From: a virus
Strand: one strand, 5' to 3'
IMG/VR virus record: IMGVR_UViG_3300028073_000008
Coordinates: 1-64,000 of that record
DNA: 64,000 bases
Within the stretch, counting starts at the first letter, position 1; each line of letters starts with the position of its first letter. This document shows positions 1-10,044 of the stretch, in pieces. Both the position numbers and the translations under genes were made by a program. The notes beneath the pieces are model-generated. The model was not told where the DNA came from. It searched no databases and saw only the letters and a program-made list of their open reading frames with translations.

Positions 1-465
1 CTAAGAACCATAGCCTCTGGTGCGACATTGACTATAATGGCCATAAGATTAAAGACAGCATTTAGAACCTATGCTAACCGTATGATAGTTCGTTCTGGCA
101 ACTTAAATGTATTCAGCGACGGCGACAGTATTAAATGGCGTTTGATCAAACTGCCCAATCAGGCCGCACTAACAGGATCTACGTGGGCGGACGTTGATGA
201 TGACAGTGGCGTTCAATATAACGCTACCTGTACAGCATTCACAGGCGGCGATGAAATGGACAACGGATTTGTTGGCGCCAGCACACAGGGCAGTCAAAAA
301 GCAGGCGGCGCTCCAGCAAGTAACTTGCCCAGTGAAGCCAAAAAGAATTACATCGTACAAAACTATGACAGCACAGACAGTGAGATCTATGTTGTAGTAG
401 CAACTAACATAGGCTCACAGAGTACTAACGTGGGTGTAGGTTGGCAGTGGCGGGAAATATATTAG
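1..465 (+). CDS. Virion structural protein, C-terminal part (likely truncated by window edge)
   Basis: Frame open from window start; G/T/N-rich, ends WQWREIY. Confidence 0.5.
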   Translation, partial: LRTIASGATLTIMAIRLKTAFRTYANRMIVRSGNLNVFSDGDSIKWRLIKLPNQAALTGSTWADVDDDSGVQYNATCTAFTGGDEMDNGFVGASTQGSQKAGGAPASNLPSEAKKNYIVQNYDSTDSEIYVVVATNIGSQSTNVGVGWQWREIY

Positions 466-505
466 AAATTATCTAAGAAGTTAGCAAGGAAGGTTCTATT
501 GTTAA

Positions 506-1141
506 ATGATACAGTTAACTCCTAATAAACTAGACCCTAATGGGTACTGGGACAAACCGATAGGCAAGATGTTGTATATTCCTATAGCAGAAGACCTAGC
601 ACTGTTTGATCAGAACGGCTATGACCTAACTGTACTAGAACAACATTTTGCCAGCACAAACGATGCTATCACACAACAGCATCGAAAGCATAGAACAGCA
701 CTCAAACAAGAATGGTTTACACAAGAACCAAAGGTAGAAGGTGCTGTACTAAATCACAGCCTGTTGTTCGAACGCAAAGCCTACGCCGGAGCTGCCCTAG
801 AGCAGCTTAAATTTTGGGCTAAAACTCTACCATTGATATACAAAATTATAGCCATGCGTCCTAAGTGGGGACTAGATTTTAGCATGGATTACGTCGATCG
901 TGAAGGCAATGCTTTTGAAATCATACATTGGGAGTATGACGGGTTTAGCTACGAAGAAATATGCGCAGTTAAAGATGCTATAGAACCTATAATTAAAGCT
1001 ATTGATTTTGAGCAAGCAGGGCGTGATCTGCTTAAATACAAAGACAAATGGCATCATCTGGATTTCTTCGCACAGAGCGATTGGAAATGTGAATTCTTTG
1101 GTATTCCCAAGGAACGATTTAAAATGGTGATCTGGGAATAA
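506..1141 (+). CDS. Hypothetical phage protein
   Basis: 211-aa ORF abutting next gene. Confidence 0.6.
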   Translation: MIQLTPNKLDPNGYWDKPIGKMLYIPIAEDLALFDQNGYDLTVLEQHFASTNDAITQQHRKHRTALKQEWFTQEPKVEGAVLNHSLLFERKAYAGAALEQLKFWAKTLPLIYKIIAMRPKWGLDFSMDYVDREGNAFEIIHWEYDGFSYEEICAVKDAIEPIIKAIDFEQAGRDLLKYKDKWHHLDFFAQSDWKCEFFGIPKERFKMVIWE

Positions 1142-1143
1142 AA

Positions 1144-1965
1144 ATGAAAAAAATCTTAACAACAATTTTGTTAACACTGGTAGGTTTTACCAGTTCTTAT
1201 GCTTGGGACCAGAGACCACCATTACCTGTACAGAGCTGCCAAGTACACAGCCCATACGGATGGGCACAAACACAGCGACAAGCACAACCTATATGTAGGG
1301 AAGCATATCTTGTAGCATACGATCCTCCTGCTAAGATCCCTATGTATGTCGCCTACACACTACTTCCACAAAATGCCTTAGGATGCTTTCCACGTACGAA
1401 CGCATTCGTCGCAGATCAGTCAATACAGGGCGGACCACGTCCAGATGACTACGCAGGCACAGGCTACGACAAAGGACATGCTGCTCCCGATGGTGACCTA
1501 AGTTGGTCACAGATCGTGGAGTATGAGAGTTTTCTCATGACCAACATGTATCCACAGCATGGCAGCTTAAATCGAGGAATATGGAAACTGTTAGAAACTT
1601 CGATACGAGGCTGGACGGTACAGCAGAACCGCGCTTTTACCATATACGTTGGAGCATTATATGGACCTTCAAATGAAAAGATAGGGTCTGGAGTGATAGT
1701 GCCAACTGGTTTTTACAAGATCGTTATTGATCAACAGACAGGTGCTACAGCCGGTTGGCTGTTTCCGCACACAAAACCTTATCAGAATCTAGGCAACGAT
1801 CTAACTAAATTCCGCTCACCAATAGCACAGATCGAACAACTTTCAGGTATTGATTTTCAATTCCCGGCTAATGCTCGTGAATTACAACCTGGTCAAGAAT
1901 GGCCTGTAGACTATGGTGCGTTGACTAACGCCAAACGTGCCAAGTGTGGGAAGAACGCAGAATGA
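1144..1965 (+). CDS. Secreted DNA/RNA non-specific endonuclease (NucA/EndoG family)
   Basis: Signal peptide; YDKGH motif, ESFLMTNMYPQ, LNRGIWKLLE. Confidence 0.9.
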   Translation: MKKILTTILLTLVGFTSSYAWDQRPPLPVQSCQVHSPYGWAQTQRQAQPICREAYLVAYDPPAKIPMYVAYTLLPQNALGCFPRTNAFVADQSIQGGPRPDDYAGTGYDKGHAAPDGDLSWSQIVEYESFLMTNMYPQHGSLNRGIWKLLETSIRGWTVQQNRAFTIYVGALYGPSNEKIGSGVIVPTGFYKIVIDQQTGATAGWLFPHTKPYQNLGNDLTKFRSPIAQIEQLSGIDFQFPANARELQPGQEWPVDYGALTNAKRAKCGKNAE

Positions 1966-2798
1966 AAACATTTAGAGATTACTTAAACGAAGAAGATCGC
2001 AAAAAGAAAAAAGACGATGAGCCAGAATCACGTCCAACGGCTGAACCTCAAGAAAAACCTAACATAGATTGGGGTTGGGATTTCAAAGAACCTACAGACG
2101 ATAATCTACCAGCCAAAGCACCTGAACCAGAACCCGACCAACCTCGCGGCAATGATCAACCTAATGATCCTAGACGCAGAGCTTCACAGCGTGATACACA
2201 AAGAGCAGCTGGCAATGTAGCACCTAATCAACGAATGAGAGATCTGTTGAGTCGTATGCGAGATATAGAAGCCGATCCGGACGATCCCGGTTACCCAGAA
2301 CCAGAAGATGCTAATCTGCCAGCAGTGCGTGTGGATACAGATAACTTGCCAGCAGTAGCAGGAAGGAATCTAGCGGCCGCAGGAGTAGAAAATCCCGAGT
2401 TTCATCAGGTGGCTAACTTGCCTGGAAACATGCAACGTGCTATCCGTACATTAGGACGACAGCTCTTTAGATCTTTTACCCGTACGGATACTAATGATAT
2501 ATGGATGATTGGCAATCTAAACGGACAAGGACCTAACACTAGACAAGAAGTAAATGCTGTAGCCAACTGGGCTCGTGAAAACGGTGAGGATGTAGGTACA
2601 GGAGATATAGATTTTGATACAACTATTCCAGGATATCGAGCACAAATACATCAATATTCTGCGGGAGGAATCCGTTGGCTTCTAGTGCGTGACGAGTTTG
2701 GAGACTACATTTATAGCTGGCCTGAACAGGACAGTGTAGATGCTGAAGCCAATCCTAGAGCCCTAGGACAAGACCGTCCGAGATTACCTAATCGTTAA
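1962..2798 (+). CDS. Putative virion internal protein
   Basis: Start MKTFRDYLNE resembles T4 internal-protein capsid targeting sequence; repeated DNLPA. Confidence 0.6.
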   Translation: MKTFRDYLNEEDRKKKKDDEPESRPTAEPQEKPNIDWGWDFKEPTDDNLPAKAPEPEPDQPRGNDQPNDPRRRASQRDTQRAAGNVAPNQRMRDLLSRMRDIEADPDDPGYPEPEDANLPAVRVDTDNLPAVAGRNLAAAGVENPEFHQVANLPGNMQRAIRTLGRQLFRSFTRTDTNDIWMIGNLNGQGPNTRQEVNAVANWARENGEDVGTGDIDFDTTIPGYRAQIHQYSAGGIRWLLVRDEFGDYIYSWPEQDSVDAEANPRALGQDRPRLPNR

Positions 2799-2821
2799 AA
2801 CTATAGAGAAATAAATACGTT

Positions 2822-3709
2822 ATGAGAATAGAAACTTGCCATTTATTTGCCCAATTATGCGAAGGCGTCCTTGCTGAAGTCAGTTCAAGTCTTGACCTAG
2901 TTAAAAACCAGCCTGGAGGACAGGAGGTTATACAGTATCTACACAAAACACAAGGATTAGGACACGATATCAAGTACGGTCCTGTAGAAAAGATTTCCTG
3001 GAGCGAACTAAAGAATGCCTATAGGGGTGCTTGGGTAGTTATACAAGGAACCAAAGGTGTTGCTGCTATCAAAGCATCACAGGGTAGCTATCATTCTGTA
3101 GCCAGCGCAGGCGGTGAGCCAGAAACTTTTAACAATGACCGCGGCGGCAATAATATCGATTTTATCAAAGGCAAGATCGGCAAGCTGACCAAATTTTATG
3201 TAGGTACTAACACAACAACAGTCACTGATAAACGCAAGAAAAGAAAAGAGTATCAAGCTCAGGCAAAGAAGGGAGGGCTGGGCAATGTTACTACAGAATA
3301 TCTCATAGAGAAATTTAGACCTATGTGGGTCAAAGCTATGGAAGCTGCTATCGTTAGCTTACGTGGACATATTGTTACTATGATCAAAAATGATGCTTTC
3401 AGTAAAGCTAAGAAAAAACTAGATTATGTAGAAAGATTAGAAAATCAAATAGATGAGATACGCAGAGGCGGCACAGAAGCACCCGGTATCGTGAAAAAAA
3501 CTATCAATCACGCTGTGCTAATGACCGCAGCACATTATTATCCAGAACAGACAGGAGCATTACAGAGACCACAGTATGCTCGAGGCGATGAATTACAGCC
3601 TCAGTTCGAAGAAGGACCAAAGATGTTATTGAAAGACATCTCTAATGGTGATATGAAAAAGCTAGGAACGATCCTAGGTTTCTTTAAAAGGGTCGTGATA
3701 TCAGGATGA
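2822..3709 (+). CDS. Hypothetical late protein
   Basis: TAAATA at 2812; 295-aa ORF. Confidence 0.6.
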   Translation: MRIETCHLFAQLCEGVLAEVSSSLDLVKNQPGGQEVIQYLHKTQGLGHDIKYGPVEKISWSELKNAYRGAWVVIQGTKGVAAIKASQGSYHSVASAGGEPETFNNDRGGNNIDFIKGKIGKLTKFYVGTNTTTVTDKRKKRKEYQAQAKKGGLGNVTTEYLIEKFRPMWVKAMEAAIVSLRGHIVTMIKNDAFSKAKKKLDYVERLENQIDEIRRGGTEAPGIVKKTINHAVLMTAAHYYPEQTGALQRPQYARGDELQPQFEEGPKMLLKDISNGDMKKLGTILGFFKRVVISG

Positions 3710-4821
3710 AACTAAATCAAGTCATATTAGAAGCCAACGTAGCGGCAAAGATAAAAGATCCACAGATGGTCAAACAGGTCTATCTGGCCCTGATACACGA
3801 CCATACTATCCCCAAAGGCGATTTGGCTAAATTAGGGACAAAACCCGAACCAGAAGAAGTAATGAAACTATGGAGTGACCTATTAGATAGATCATTGTCA
3901 GCGACTGACTACGGTGATGTATCCACAGATGGCAAGTTTGATGAGTGGCTGACCAGACTGTATTCAAAAGGTGTAGTTGACTATGAAGATGTAGACGGTG
4001 AAGGCGGCGATGCTCTAGGTGCGTGGAAAGCTCTCAGTCTGCGTAAAAAACTAAAACCAGAACATCAAGATTTTAACAAGTTTAAGAACCTACGTCAGAT
4101 ACAGGCAATCGTACAAGATAGACATTACAGAGACGAACTAGAACGCATCAAAGATGCCGGTATCATAGAAAAACACAAGAAAGAAAAGAAAGAAACTATT
4201 CTTATAGACGATGATAGATTCTTTGCGGTAATTCCTTATAACTACGGATCATGTTATACATTTAACAACGCAGCAGGATTCCGTGCTAGTTTCTGTACAG
4301 GTTCTAGTTCAGGTATACGTTGGTTCAACAACTATGCTCCCGATGGTCCTTTGATCTCAATCGTCGATAAAGCAAACATAGATGATGTTAATGGTAAGTG
4401 GCAAATACATGCTCCTACTAATCAAATGAACAACGGTAATCAAACCATAAGTTACAGTCGAGGTGATGAAAAATTTGCTGAATTGTTCCCGGGTCTGCTA
4501 CAACGCATAGCCAAGGCTATGAAAGATAATGCTCAAGAGATCAAGACTAATTCTAACGAAATTGCTCGCGGCGGGTATGATATCGACAAAGCTATAACTG
4601 ATTTACAAAATAAGTTTCCACAAAGCTGGAATAGCAAAGCAGCAGAACCAGAACCAGAAGATCAGCCACAAGAAGGTGTTGGCACTTATCTAGTAACACA
4701 GATAGCATCGGGCAGACAAGCTCGCATCGATGGTGAAAGCCGTGCTGACATCATACAGAAGCTGACCACACGTTTTCCTAACACAACAGAAGCTGACTAT
4801 CAGATAGAATTCCAAGGTTAA
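3706..4821 (+). CDS. Putative virion internal protein
   Basis: Start MKLNQVILEA; ATGA overlap with previous gene. Confidence 0.6.
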   Translation: MKLNQVILEANVAAKIKDPQMVKQVYLALIHDHTIPKGDLAKLGTKPEPEEVMKLWSDLLDRSLSATDYGDVSTDGKFDEWLTRLYSKGVVDYEDVDGEGGDALGAWKALSLRKKLKPEHQDFNKFKNLRQIQAIVQDRHYRDELERIKDAGIIEKHKKEKKETILIDDDRFFAVIPYNYGSCYTFNNAAGFRASFCTGSSSGIRWFNNYAPDGPLISIVDKANIDDVNGKWQIHAPTNQMNNGNQTISYSRGDEKFAELFPGLLQRIAKAMKDNAQEIKTNSNEIARGGYDIDKAITDLQNKFPQSWNSKAAEPEPEDQPQEGVGTYLVTQIASGRQARIDGESRADIIQKLTTRFPNTTEADYQIEFQG

Positions 4822-4822
4822 T

Positions 4823-5443
4823 ATGATGCCTATAAGGTATGAAACATTACCTTTAGGATACCTATACACTGACGGTCTCTGGAATATAGAAGATCATTAT
4901 ATAGAAATTATGGGACCAGTGTTTGGTGCTATTATGTCTAAATGGCATTTGTTTAACGATCTAGAAATATTTGATACCAATAGATACCTAATTAAACAAC
5001 TAGTCTCTAGCGTTAAAAAGACTACATTAGAAAAAAACTTTCTAACTAGATTAGAAAAGATTATCAAGCTGTCATTAATATGGAATAGAGATCGCTGCTG
5101 GAGAGATCCTATACCTGCTATACGATTAAATGACCAACGATATTATGGCGGTATAGATAGAGTAGCTGTAATGAAACACTATGGACAGCAATCATATCGA
5201 TTTTTAGTCATAGAAAAAGATTATGCTGTAGAAGCTAATCTAGAAATCATACGTAGTTATTGGACTCCACCTTATGGAGATAATCTTGTTATCAATAATG
5301 GTAGCATAGAAAATTCTACAGCCGATATGGAAAACTTTAATCCCACACAATTAACAGAATGGCTATCTTCCAAACTGCCGATTTCGTTATATGCTTCAGG
5401 AAATAAAAGAAATCAAGCGATTTATCTAATGCGAAAAATATGA
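4823..5443 (+). CDS. Hypothetical protein
   Basis: 206-aa AT-rich ORF ending at terminator. Confidence 0.55.
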   Translation: MMPIRYETLPLGYLYTDGLWNIEDHYIEIMGPVFGAIMSKWHLFNDLEIFDTNRYLIKQLVSSVKKTTLEKNFLTRLEKIIKLSLIWNRDRCWRDPIPAIRLNDQRYYGGIDRVAVMKHYGQQSYRFLVIEKDYAVEANLEIIRSYWTPPYGDNLVINNGSIENSTADMENFNPTQLTEWLSSKLPISLYASGNKRNQAIYLMRKI

Positions 5444-5465
5444 AAGGACTCCGAAGAGTCCTTTC
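5442..5465. terminator. Intrinsic terminator between convergent genes
   Basis: GAAAGGACTC-CGAA-GAGTCCTTTC perfect hairpin. Confidence 0.75.
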
Positions 5466-5507
5466 TGTTTACTAATAAAATATATGTAATCCGCTATGCG
5501 GTAATAA

Positions 5508-5789
5508 TTACTTCTTCACGCCTGAGTTAACAAATGCGTACATTTTCTCGGCAGTTTCTAGTACCTTATCGAGCCCTGGGAATTCAGGCATGCTAACAGT
5601 GCTAACGATCTGACCAGTCTTCTCATCACGAGTAGCAGTCATTTCCCAACCTTGAAACTTGACTTGAAAGTCTTGAGCAACAAGGTCTTTAGCCATAGCC
5701 AGAATGTCTGTACGGATTTCATACCCGTTCTTATTAAATTTAACTTCTGGGGCTTTGATCATTTCATGTAGTCCGTTTGATTGTGACAT
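5508..5789 (-). CDS. Small phage protein
   Basis: AAAGGAGA SD; NGYEIRTDILAMAKD...AEKMYAFV. Confidence 0.75.
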   Translation of the reverse strand: MSQSNGLHEMIKAPEVKFNKNGYEIRTDILAMAKDLVAQDFQVKFQGWEMTATRDEKTGQIVSTVSMPEFPGLDKVLETAEKMYAFVNSGVKK

Positions 5790-5825
5790 AATATTCTCCT
5801 TTGTGTGTGTGTATGTCTAAGACCT

Positions 5826-6047
5826 TTAGGCGGTCCATTCCTTCTTTGGAAACCAATGTTTGCTAATGGAATCCACAGAATACTTAGCCATGTCGATGGT
5901 ATTGTTGATAGCCATCTTGGCAAATTGCGTCTGTGCATCGATGTATGCGTGTGCTGCTTTATTCAATGCTGGATCTTTGAAAATTTGGTCTGCGACAACT
6001 TTCTTGGTGTTTTGAAAAGTGTCGACGAAAAATTGTGGTGAAAACAT
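5826..6047 (-). CDS. Phasin-like small helical protein
   Basis: CAGGAGAG SD before MFSPQ; amphipathic helix AYIDAQTQFAK. Confidence 0.5.
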   Translation of the reverse strand: MFSPQFFVDTFQNTKKVVADQIFKDPALNKAAHAYIDAQTQFAKMAINNTIDMAKYSVDSISKHWFPKKEWTA

Positions 6048-6072
6048 AAAACTCTCCTGTGTGTATGTGTAC

Positions 6073-6102
6073 ATTATATATCCTCGCTTGTTAACAAGTC
6101 AA
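6073..6102 (-). promoter_or_regulatory. Sigma70-type promoter
   Basis: TTGACT-N18-TATAAT on minus strand. Confidence 0.6.
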
Positions 6103-6279
6103 TTATTTATAACCTAATATGCTGGTATCATAATATGGAACTTTACCCAATTTCAACATATGATAAGCATAGTCCGCGTCATTTCGATATTCTGTCCTTG
6201 CCAGCTGTAACCATTCTTTCTCTTGTACTGGATCACAAGAATCAAAAAATGACATGATGGCCTTAACAATATATCTCAT
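6103..6279 (-). CDS. Small hypothetical protein
   Basis: MRYIVKAIMSFF...ARTEYRNDADYAY, in tight minus-strand operon. Confidence 0.55.
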   Translation of the reverse strand: MRYIVKAIMSFFDSCDPVQEKEWLQLARTEYRNDADYAYHMLKLGKVPYYDTSILGYK

Positions 6280-6280
6280 A

Positions 6281-6400
6281 TCAGTCACCAGTCATCAATT
6301 TGAGTGCTGATTCGTAGTCGCCCTTTTGTGCGAAATGTGCTGCTGCTCTAGCTTTACCAATTTGCTCTAGCCAGCTATAAAATGCTTTAATAAACGTCAT
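6281..6400 (-). CDS. 39-aa protein not in ORF track (MTFIKAFYSWLEQIGKARAAAHFAQKGDYESALKLMTGD)
   Basis: GGAGGG SD; overlaps upstream stop (ATGA); fills the operon gap. Confidence 0.6.
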   Translation of the reverse strand: MTFIKAFYSWLEQIGKARAAAHFAQKGDYESALKLMTGD

Positions 6401-6588
6401 TGTGTTGCCCTCCATGAATAGGTCGATTGCTGCTTATCAAACTCGCGAGTCCAATGTTCTACATCAGCTACGGAAGTGGGATATTTTGATGATACGTACC
6501 TATCCAGTTCGGATTGGTAGTTTTGTTTGGGGAACATCTCTGCTAGACGTTCTAAGATGCCAAGCATCTTTTCAGATAATTGCTTCAT
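6397..6588 (-). CDS. DUF3563-like small protein
   Basis: CAGGAGA SD; ELDRYV...VADVEHWTREFD pattern. Confidence 0.5.
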   Translation of the reverse strand: MKQLSEKMLGILERLAEMFPKQNYQSELDRYVSSKYPTSVADVEHWTREFDKQQSTYSWRATQ

Positions 6589-6724
6589 TACTATCTCCTG
6601 TGTAAGTGTGTTAGAAACTCATGGTTTCTACTGACTATTTAGTATTTTAGTGTGCGTCGCACAAAAAATCAATACTTGTTGTTTCCGAAAAATCGTGTTA
6701 AATATACTGTCAGGAAGGCATAAA

Positions 6725-7006
6725 ATGAAACTAAGCACAAGATCGATTTTACAAGAACTCAATCAAGTAGCCAGTGTAAGAAACACGGACGCCCTTATGG
6801 AAAGCAGGGCTACCAACATAATCAACAGTGCTATAAATCTTATAGAATCTTTGAATAAGCACTACGATCCCGAGATGGCCGACGAGCTCGAAAGACGATT
6901 GCTCAATGCTATCAAAGGCAAAGACCCTGCTAAATTTACTCGCGGAATACGCAAGATAGCTGAGTCTAGAAAACAAAAGAAGAAATTGGATGAGAGTAAT
7001 GATTGA
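6725..7006 (+). CDS. Hypothetical late protein
   Basis: TAAATA 6699; start MKLSTRSILQE. Confidence 0.65.
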   Translation: MKLSTRSILQELNQVASVRNTDALMESRATNIINSAINLIESLNKHYDPEMADELERRLLNAIKGKDPAKFTRGIRKIAESRKQKKKLDESND

Positions 7007-7778
7007 TCTATTAGAAGGTGGAAATGTATTCAAGGGTGCTGACAAACAGCCACTGACACGCAGAATAACCAAGGATGAAATCCCCGGAACTATCGCTTAT
7101 CTAGAACGGATTACCGGATTAGATTTCACATTAGACAAAGACGAAGCAGGTGTGCCTATTAAATGGTTAGGTACTACAGGACGCAAAGCAGATAGCGGAG
7201 ACCTAGATCTCAGCGTTGATGCTAACCAAATAGACAAAAAAGAATTCGCACAGCAATTGATCGCCAAGTTTGGCAAAGAAAGTGTAAAACTCAGCGGCGA
7301 CAATGTACACTTAAAAACAGCCGTATTAGGTGACCCTGCTAATGGGTTTGCTCAAACAGATTTTATGTTTAGCACCAATCCTAAATTCCAACAAGGCAGT
7401 ATGTTGGGCGGGTCGGATGCTTATCGTGGTGAACATAGACATATACTGCTATCTAGCATCGCTCGGGCTAGAGGACTAAAGTATAGTCCTAAGTTTGGTC
7501 TAGTAGATCCAGAGACTAAAGAACCTATCGCTAACGGCGATGACTGGAATGTGATAGCCAAGAAACTGTTAGGACAGACAGCTACGGTCAAAGATATTAG
7601 ATCAGTAGAAAGCATAACTAACTATATCAAGAAGCTGCCCAACTATGAAGAGCTCATTGCTGCGGCACAAGAAACTCTAGGTCGTTCAGGAATAGAACTG
7701 CCAAAGAAAGAAGCTCTAGAACACTACACACCAAACAGTCCTAGTTGGATGAGAAAGATCATAGACCTAGTAAGATGA
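6999..7778 (+). CDS. Pol-beta-superfamily nucleotidyltransferase-like protein
   Basis: LGTTG...SGDLDL motif and later QTDFM; start MIDLLEGG. Confidence 0.6.
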   Translation: MIDLLEGGNVFKGADKQPLTRRITKDEIPGTIAYLERITGLDFTLDKDEAGVPIKWLGTTGRKADSGDLDLSVDANQIDKKEFAQQLIAKFGKESVKLSGDNVHLKTAVLGDPANGFAQTDFMFSTNPKFQQGSMLGGSDAYRGEHRHILLSSIARARGLKYSPKFGLVDPETKEPIANGDDWNVIAKKLLGQTATVKDIRSVESITNYIKKLPNYEELIAAAQETLGRSGIELPKKEALEHYTPNSPSWMRKIIDLVR

Positions 7779-9007
7779 GAATAAGAGAAGTCATAAACGA
7801 GAAATGGAGCGAGAAATACAAACGCTCGATCAACTGTTCTAATCCCAAAGGGTTTAGCCAGAAGGCGCATTGTGCTGGTCGCAAGAAAACTAACGAAGCT
7901 GCTACTCCTAAAGTTGGCAGAGCATTACAACACGCAGAAGACCTAGTCATTGTCGATGGGAGCAAAGGCGCATTAGAAGCCATAGACGAATTAGCCAGCA
8001 TGGCCAAGAGCGTAGACGATGTCACTGTCAAATGGGACGGCAGTCCTGCTGTGTTCTTTGGACGCAACGAACAAGGACAGTTCGTGTTAACAGACAACAG
8101 CGGATTCACTGCCAAGGGTTACAATGGTCGTGTTACCAGCGCAGGCGATCTAGAAACTATGTTGTTGAGCAGAGGCAAGCAGGATCCAGAAAAGGAAGCC
8201 AGCCGTAGAGAATTCGCAGGTAGTATGAAAAGTCTTTGGCCTAGACTAGAAAGCATGATAGAACCTAGCTTTAGAGGTTATATCAAAGGCGATCTATTAT
8301 ATTATGCTCGTCCGCCTGTGGACAAGAACGGTGATTATACATTTACTCCTAACACTGTTAGCTATCATATAGATACTAACAGCAGCATAGGACAACGTAT
8401 CACACAAAGCACAGCTGGTATAGTGGTACACAGTTATACAGACCTTGAAGGTAACAGCCAGCCATTGACTGGACCTATCAAAGGCATCAAGGAACAAGGT
8501 CCTGTTATGATCCAGGGTCCAGTAACTGTCAATCATATGCCCACAGTAGATGACAAGAGCATACAGCGAGTCAAACAGTTCGTGGCCAAACATGCCAATG
8601 ACATCGATTCTCTCCTAGATGATCAGAGACTAGCAGCAGAAAAACTCAGCGACCTAAAGAATATACTGTATACTTTTGTAAACCAACAGGTAGATACTGG
8701 TGATCTTACCAATCTTAATACTAAGTTTGACAGCTGGCTAACCAGCAGTAAAGTCAGTGCGCCTAAACAGGCCAAGATACAGCAGTATCGTAAAACACAT
8801 GCCAATTCGTTCGCTGCCATATTCAGTACACTAGAACAGATCATGGCTGTAAAAGACGATATCATATCACAGCTAGATGCTAGAGCAGAAGTGCGTTCTA
8901 GCATAGCAGGTAAACAGGGCGGCGAAGGTTATGTCAAGAGCGGTAGCAGTATCAAACTAGTGCCTAGATTACACTTTACCCAAGCAAACCGCGCAAAACC
9001 ACGCTGA
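7775..9007 (+). CDS. Ligase-type (KxDG) nucleotidyltransferase-like protein, DUF6267-like
   Basis: TVKWDG (motif I), KGDLLY, GGEGYV, IKLV; start MRIREVINE. Confidence 0.6.
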   Translation: MRIREVINEKWSEKYKRSINCSNPKGFSQKAHCAGRKKTNEAATPKVGRALQHAEDLVIVDGSKGALEAIDELASMAKSVDDVTVKWDGSPAVFFGRNEQGQFVLTDNSGFTAKGYNGRVTSAGDLETMLLSRGKQDPEKEASRREFAGSMKSLWPRLESMIEPSFRGYIKGDLLYYARPPVDKNGDYTFTPNTVSYHIDTNSSIGQRITQSTAGIVVHSYTDLEGNSQPLTGPIKGIKEQGPVMIQGPVTVNHMPTVDDKSIQRVKQFVAKHANDIDSLLDDQRLAAEKLSDLKNILYTFVNQQVDTGDLTNLNTKFDSWLTSSKVSAPKQAKIQQYRKTHANSFAAIFSTLEQIMAVKDDIISQLDARAEVRSSIAGKQGGEGYVKSGSSIKLVPRLHFTQANRAKPR

Positions 9008-9085
9008 TCCTCACGGTTTTTTCCAAAACGAATAAATAAACATGCCAGTCCCGGAGCGGGACTATACATTTAAGGAGAACTTATC

Positions 9086-9466
9086 ATGGCATGGACATAT
9101 ACCAACGTTCCAGCACCAGACGCAACAGTCAGTGCTAACTACAATCTATTTCAAATCGCAAATGGTCTAAACGGTCGCACATTGATCGTTAAGGTCGCAT
9201 TGACCAACATGACAACCGCAAACCTACGTAGCATCTACGCTGCTATCACCCAATCAGGTGGTTCAGGTGGTACTCTACCAGCTGACACAGGTGATGCGTT
9301 CACAGTAGCAGGTTTTGGTACAGCAAACGGTTCGGCTTTCGAAAGCGGCGTAACCGATGTTGTTTACTTCGCTGTACAAGGTACAGGTACATTTGACACT
9401 ACTGACGCAGCAGCAGGCACAGGCGCAACCGTTACTGTTGAAGCAACTTTCGTAGCTAACAAGTAA
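9086..9466 (+). CDS. Putative virion structural/decoration protein
   Basis: Late promoter 9033, AAGGAG SD, A/T/G-rich, own terminator. Confidence 0.6.
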   Translation: MAWTYTNVPAPDATVSANYNLFQIANGLNGRTLIVKVALTNMTTANLRSIYAAITQSGGSGGTLPADTGDAFTVAGFGTANGSAFESGVTDVVYFAVQGTGTFDTTDAAAGTGATVTVEATFVANK

Positions 9467-9492
9467 TCAATAATTCCTAGGGATGGGAATTG

Positions 9493-9519
9493 AGGGCGGA
9501 AATTTTTCCGCCCTTTTTT
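9493..9519 (+). terminator. Intrinsic terminator
   Basis: AGGGCGGAA..TTCCGCCCT followed by T-run. Confidence 0.8.
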
Positions 9520-9542
9520 ATTGACGTAAATAATAGCAGATT

Positions 9543-9950
9543 ATGGAAAGCTATAGAGTTACCACCCTAGTGGACATCACAAGATCAAGACCAACGAGAT
9601 CAGACACCGATCACGTTAGGCAAAGCCAACAGGCCAATTTCAACAGTCTTATACAGGCCATAGGACTGAGGGCCATAATATTCTCCGATAGAGATCCCGT
9701 CTTAAACGAAGGCAGACTGCCTGACCCTTTCGAAGGCAAGGCTAAACATTGGGTCTATGAGTTTACAGTAGATCGTGATGAAATATTCTTATCAAACAAA
9801 GATCCAGTAGGACTGTTAAAACAGGATCTAGACGGTGTGCCTATAATAGATCAACTAAATAATGATGTAGGGTTTAAGATACCCGCATTTAGGACCTTGG
9901 GATCAGAAATAAACACCAAAATAGAAATTCTGTCAAATCCTAATAAATAA
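9543..9950 (+). CDS. Hypothetical late protein
   Basis: TAAATA 9527; TLVDIT...QQANFNSLIQAIGLRA. Confidence 0.65.
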   Translation: MESYRVTTLVDITRSRPTRSDTDHVRQSQQANFNSLIQAIGLRAIIFSDRDPVLNEGRLPDPFEGKAKHWVYEFTVDRDEIFLSNKDPVGLLKQDLDGVPIIDQLNNDVGFKIPAFRTLGSEINTKIEILSNPNK

Positions 9951-10044
9951 AATATCAGGCATCAAGTTAGGCTATCATAAAACACATTAAGGCATCGGCT
10001 CGGAGCGAGCATTGTTTTTAATTGGTATTTGAATGGAGAGCCTA

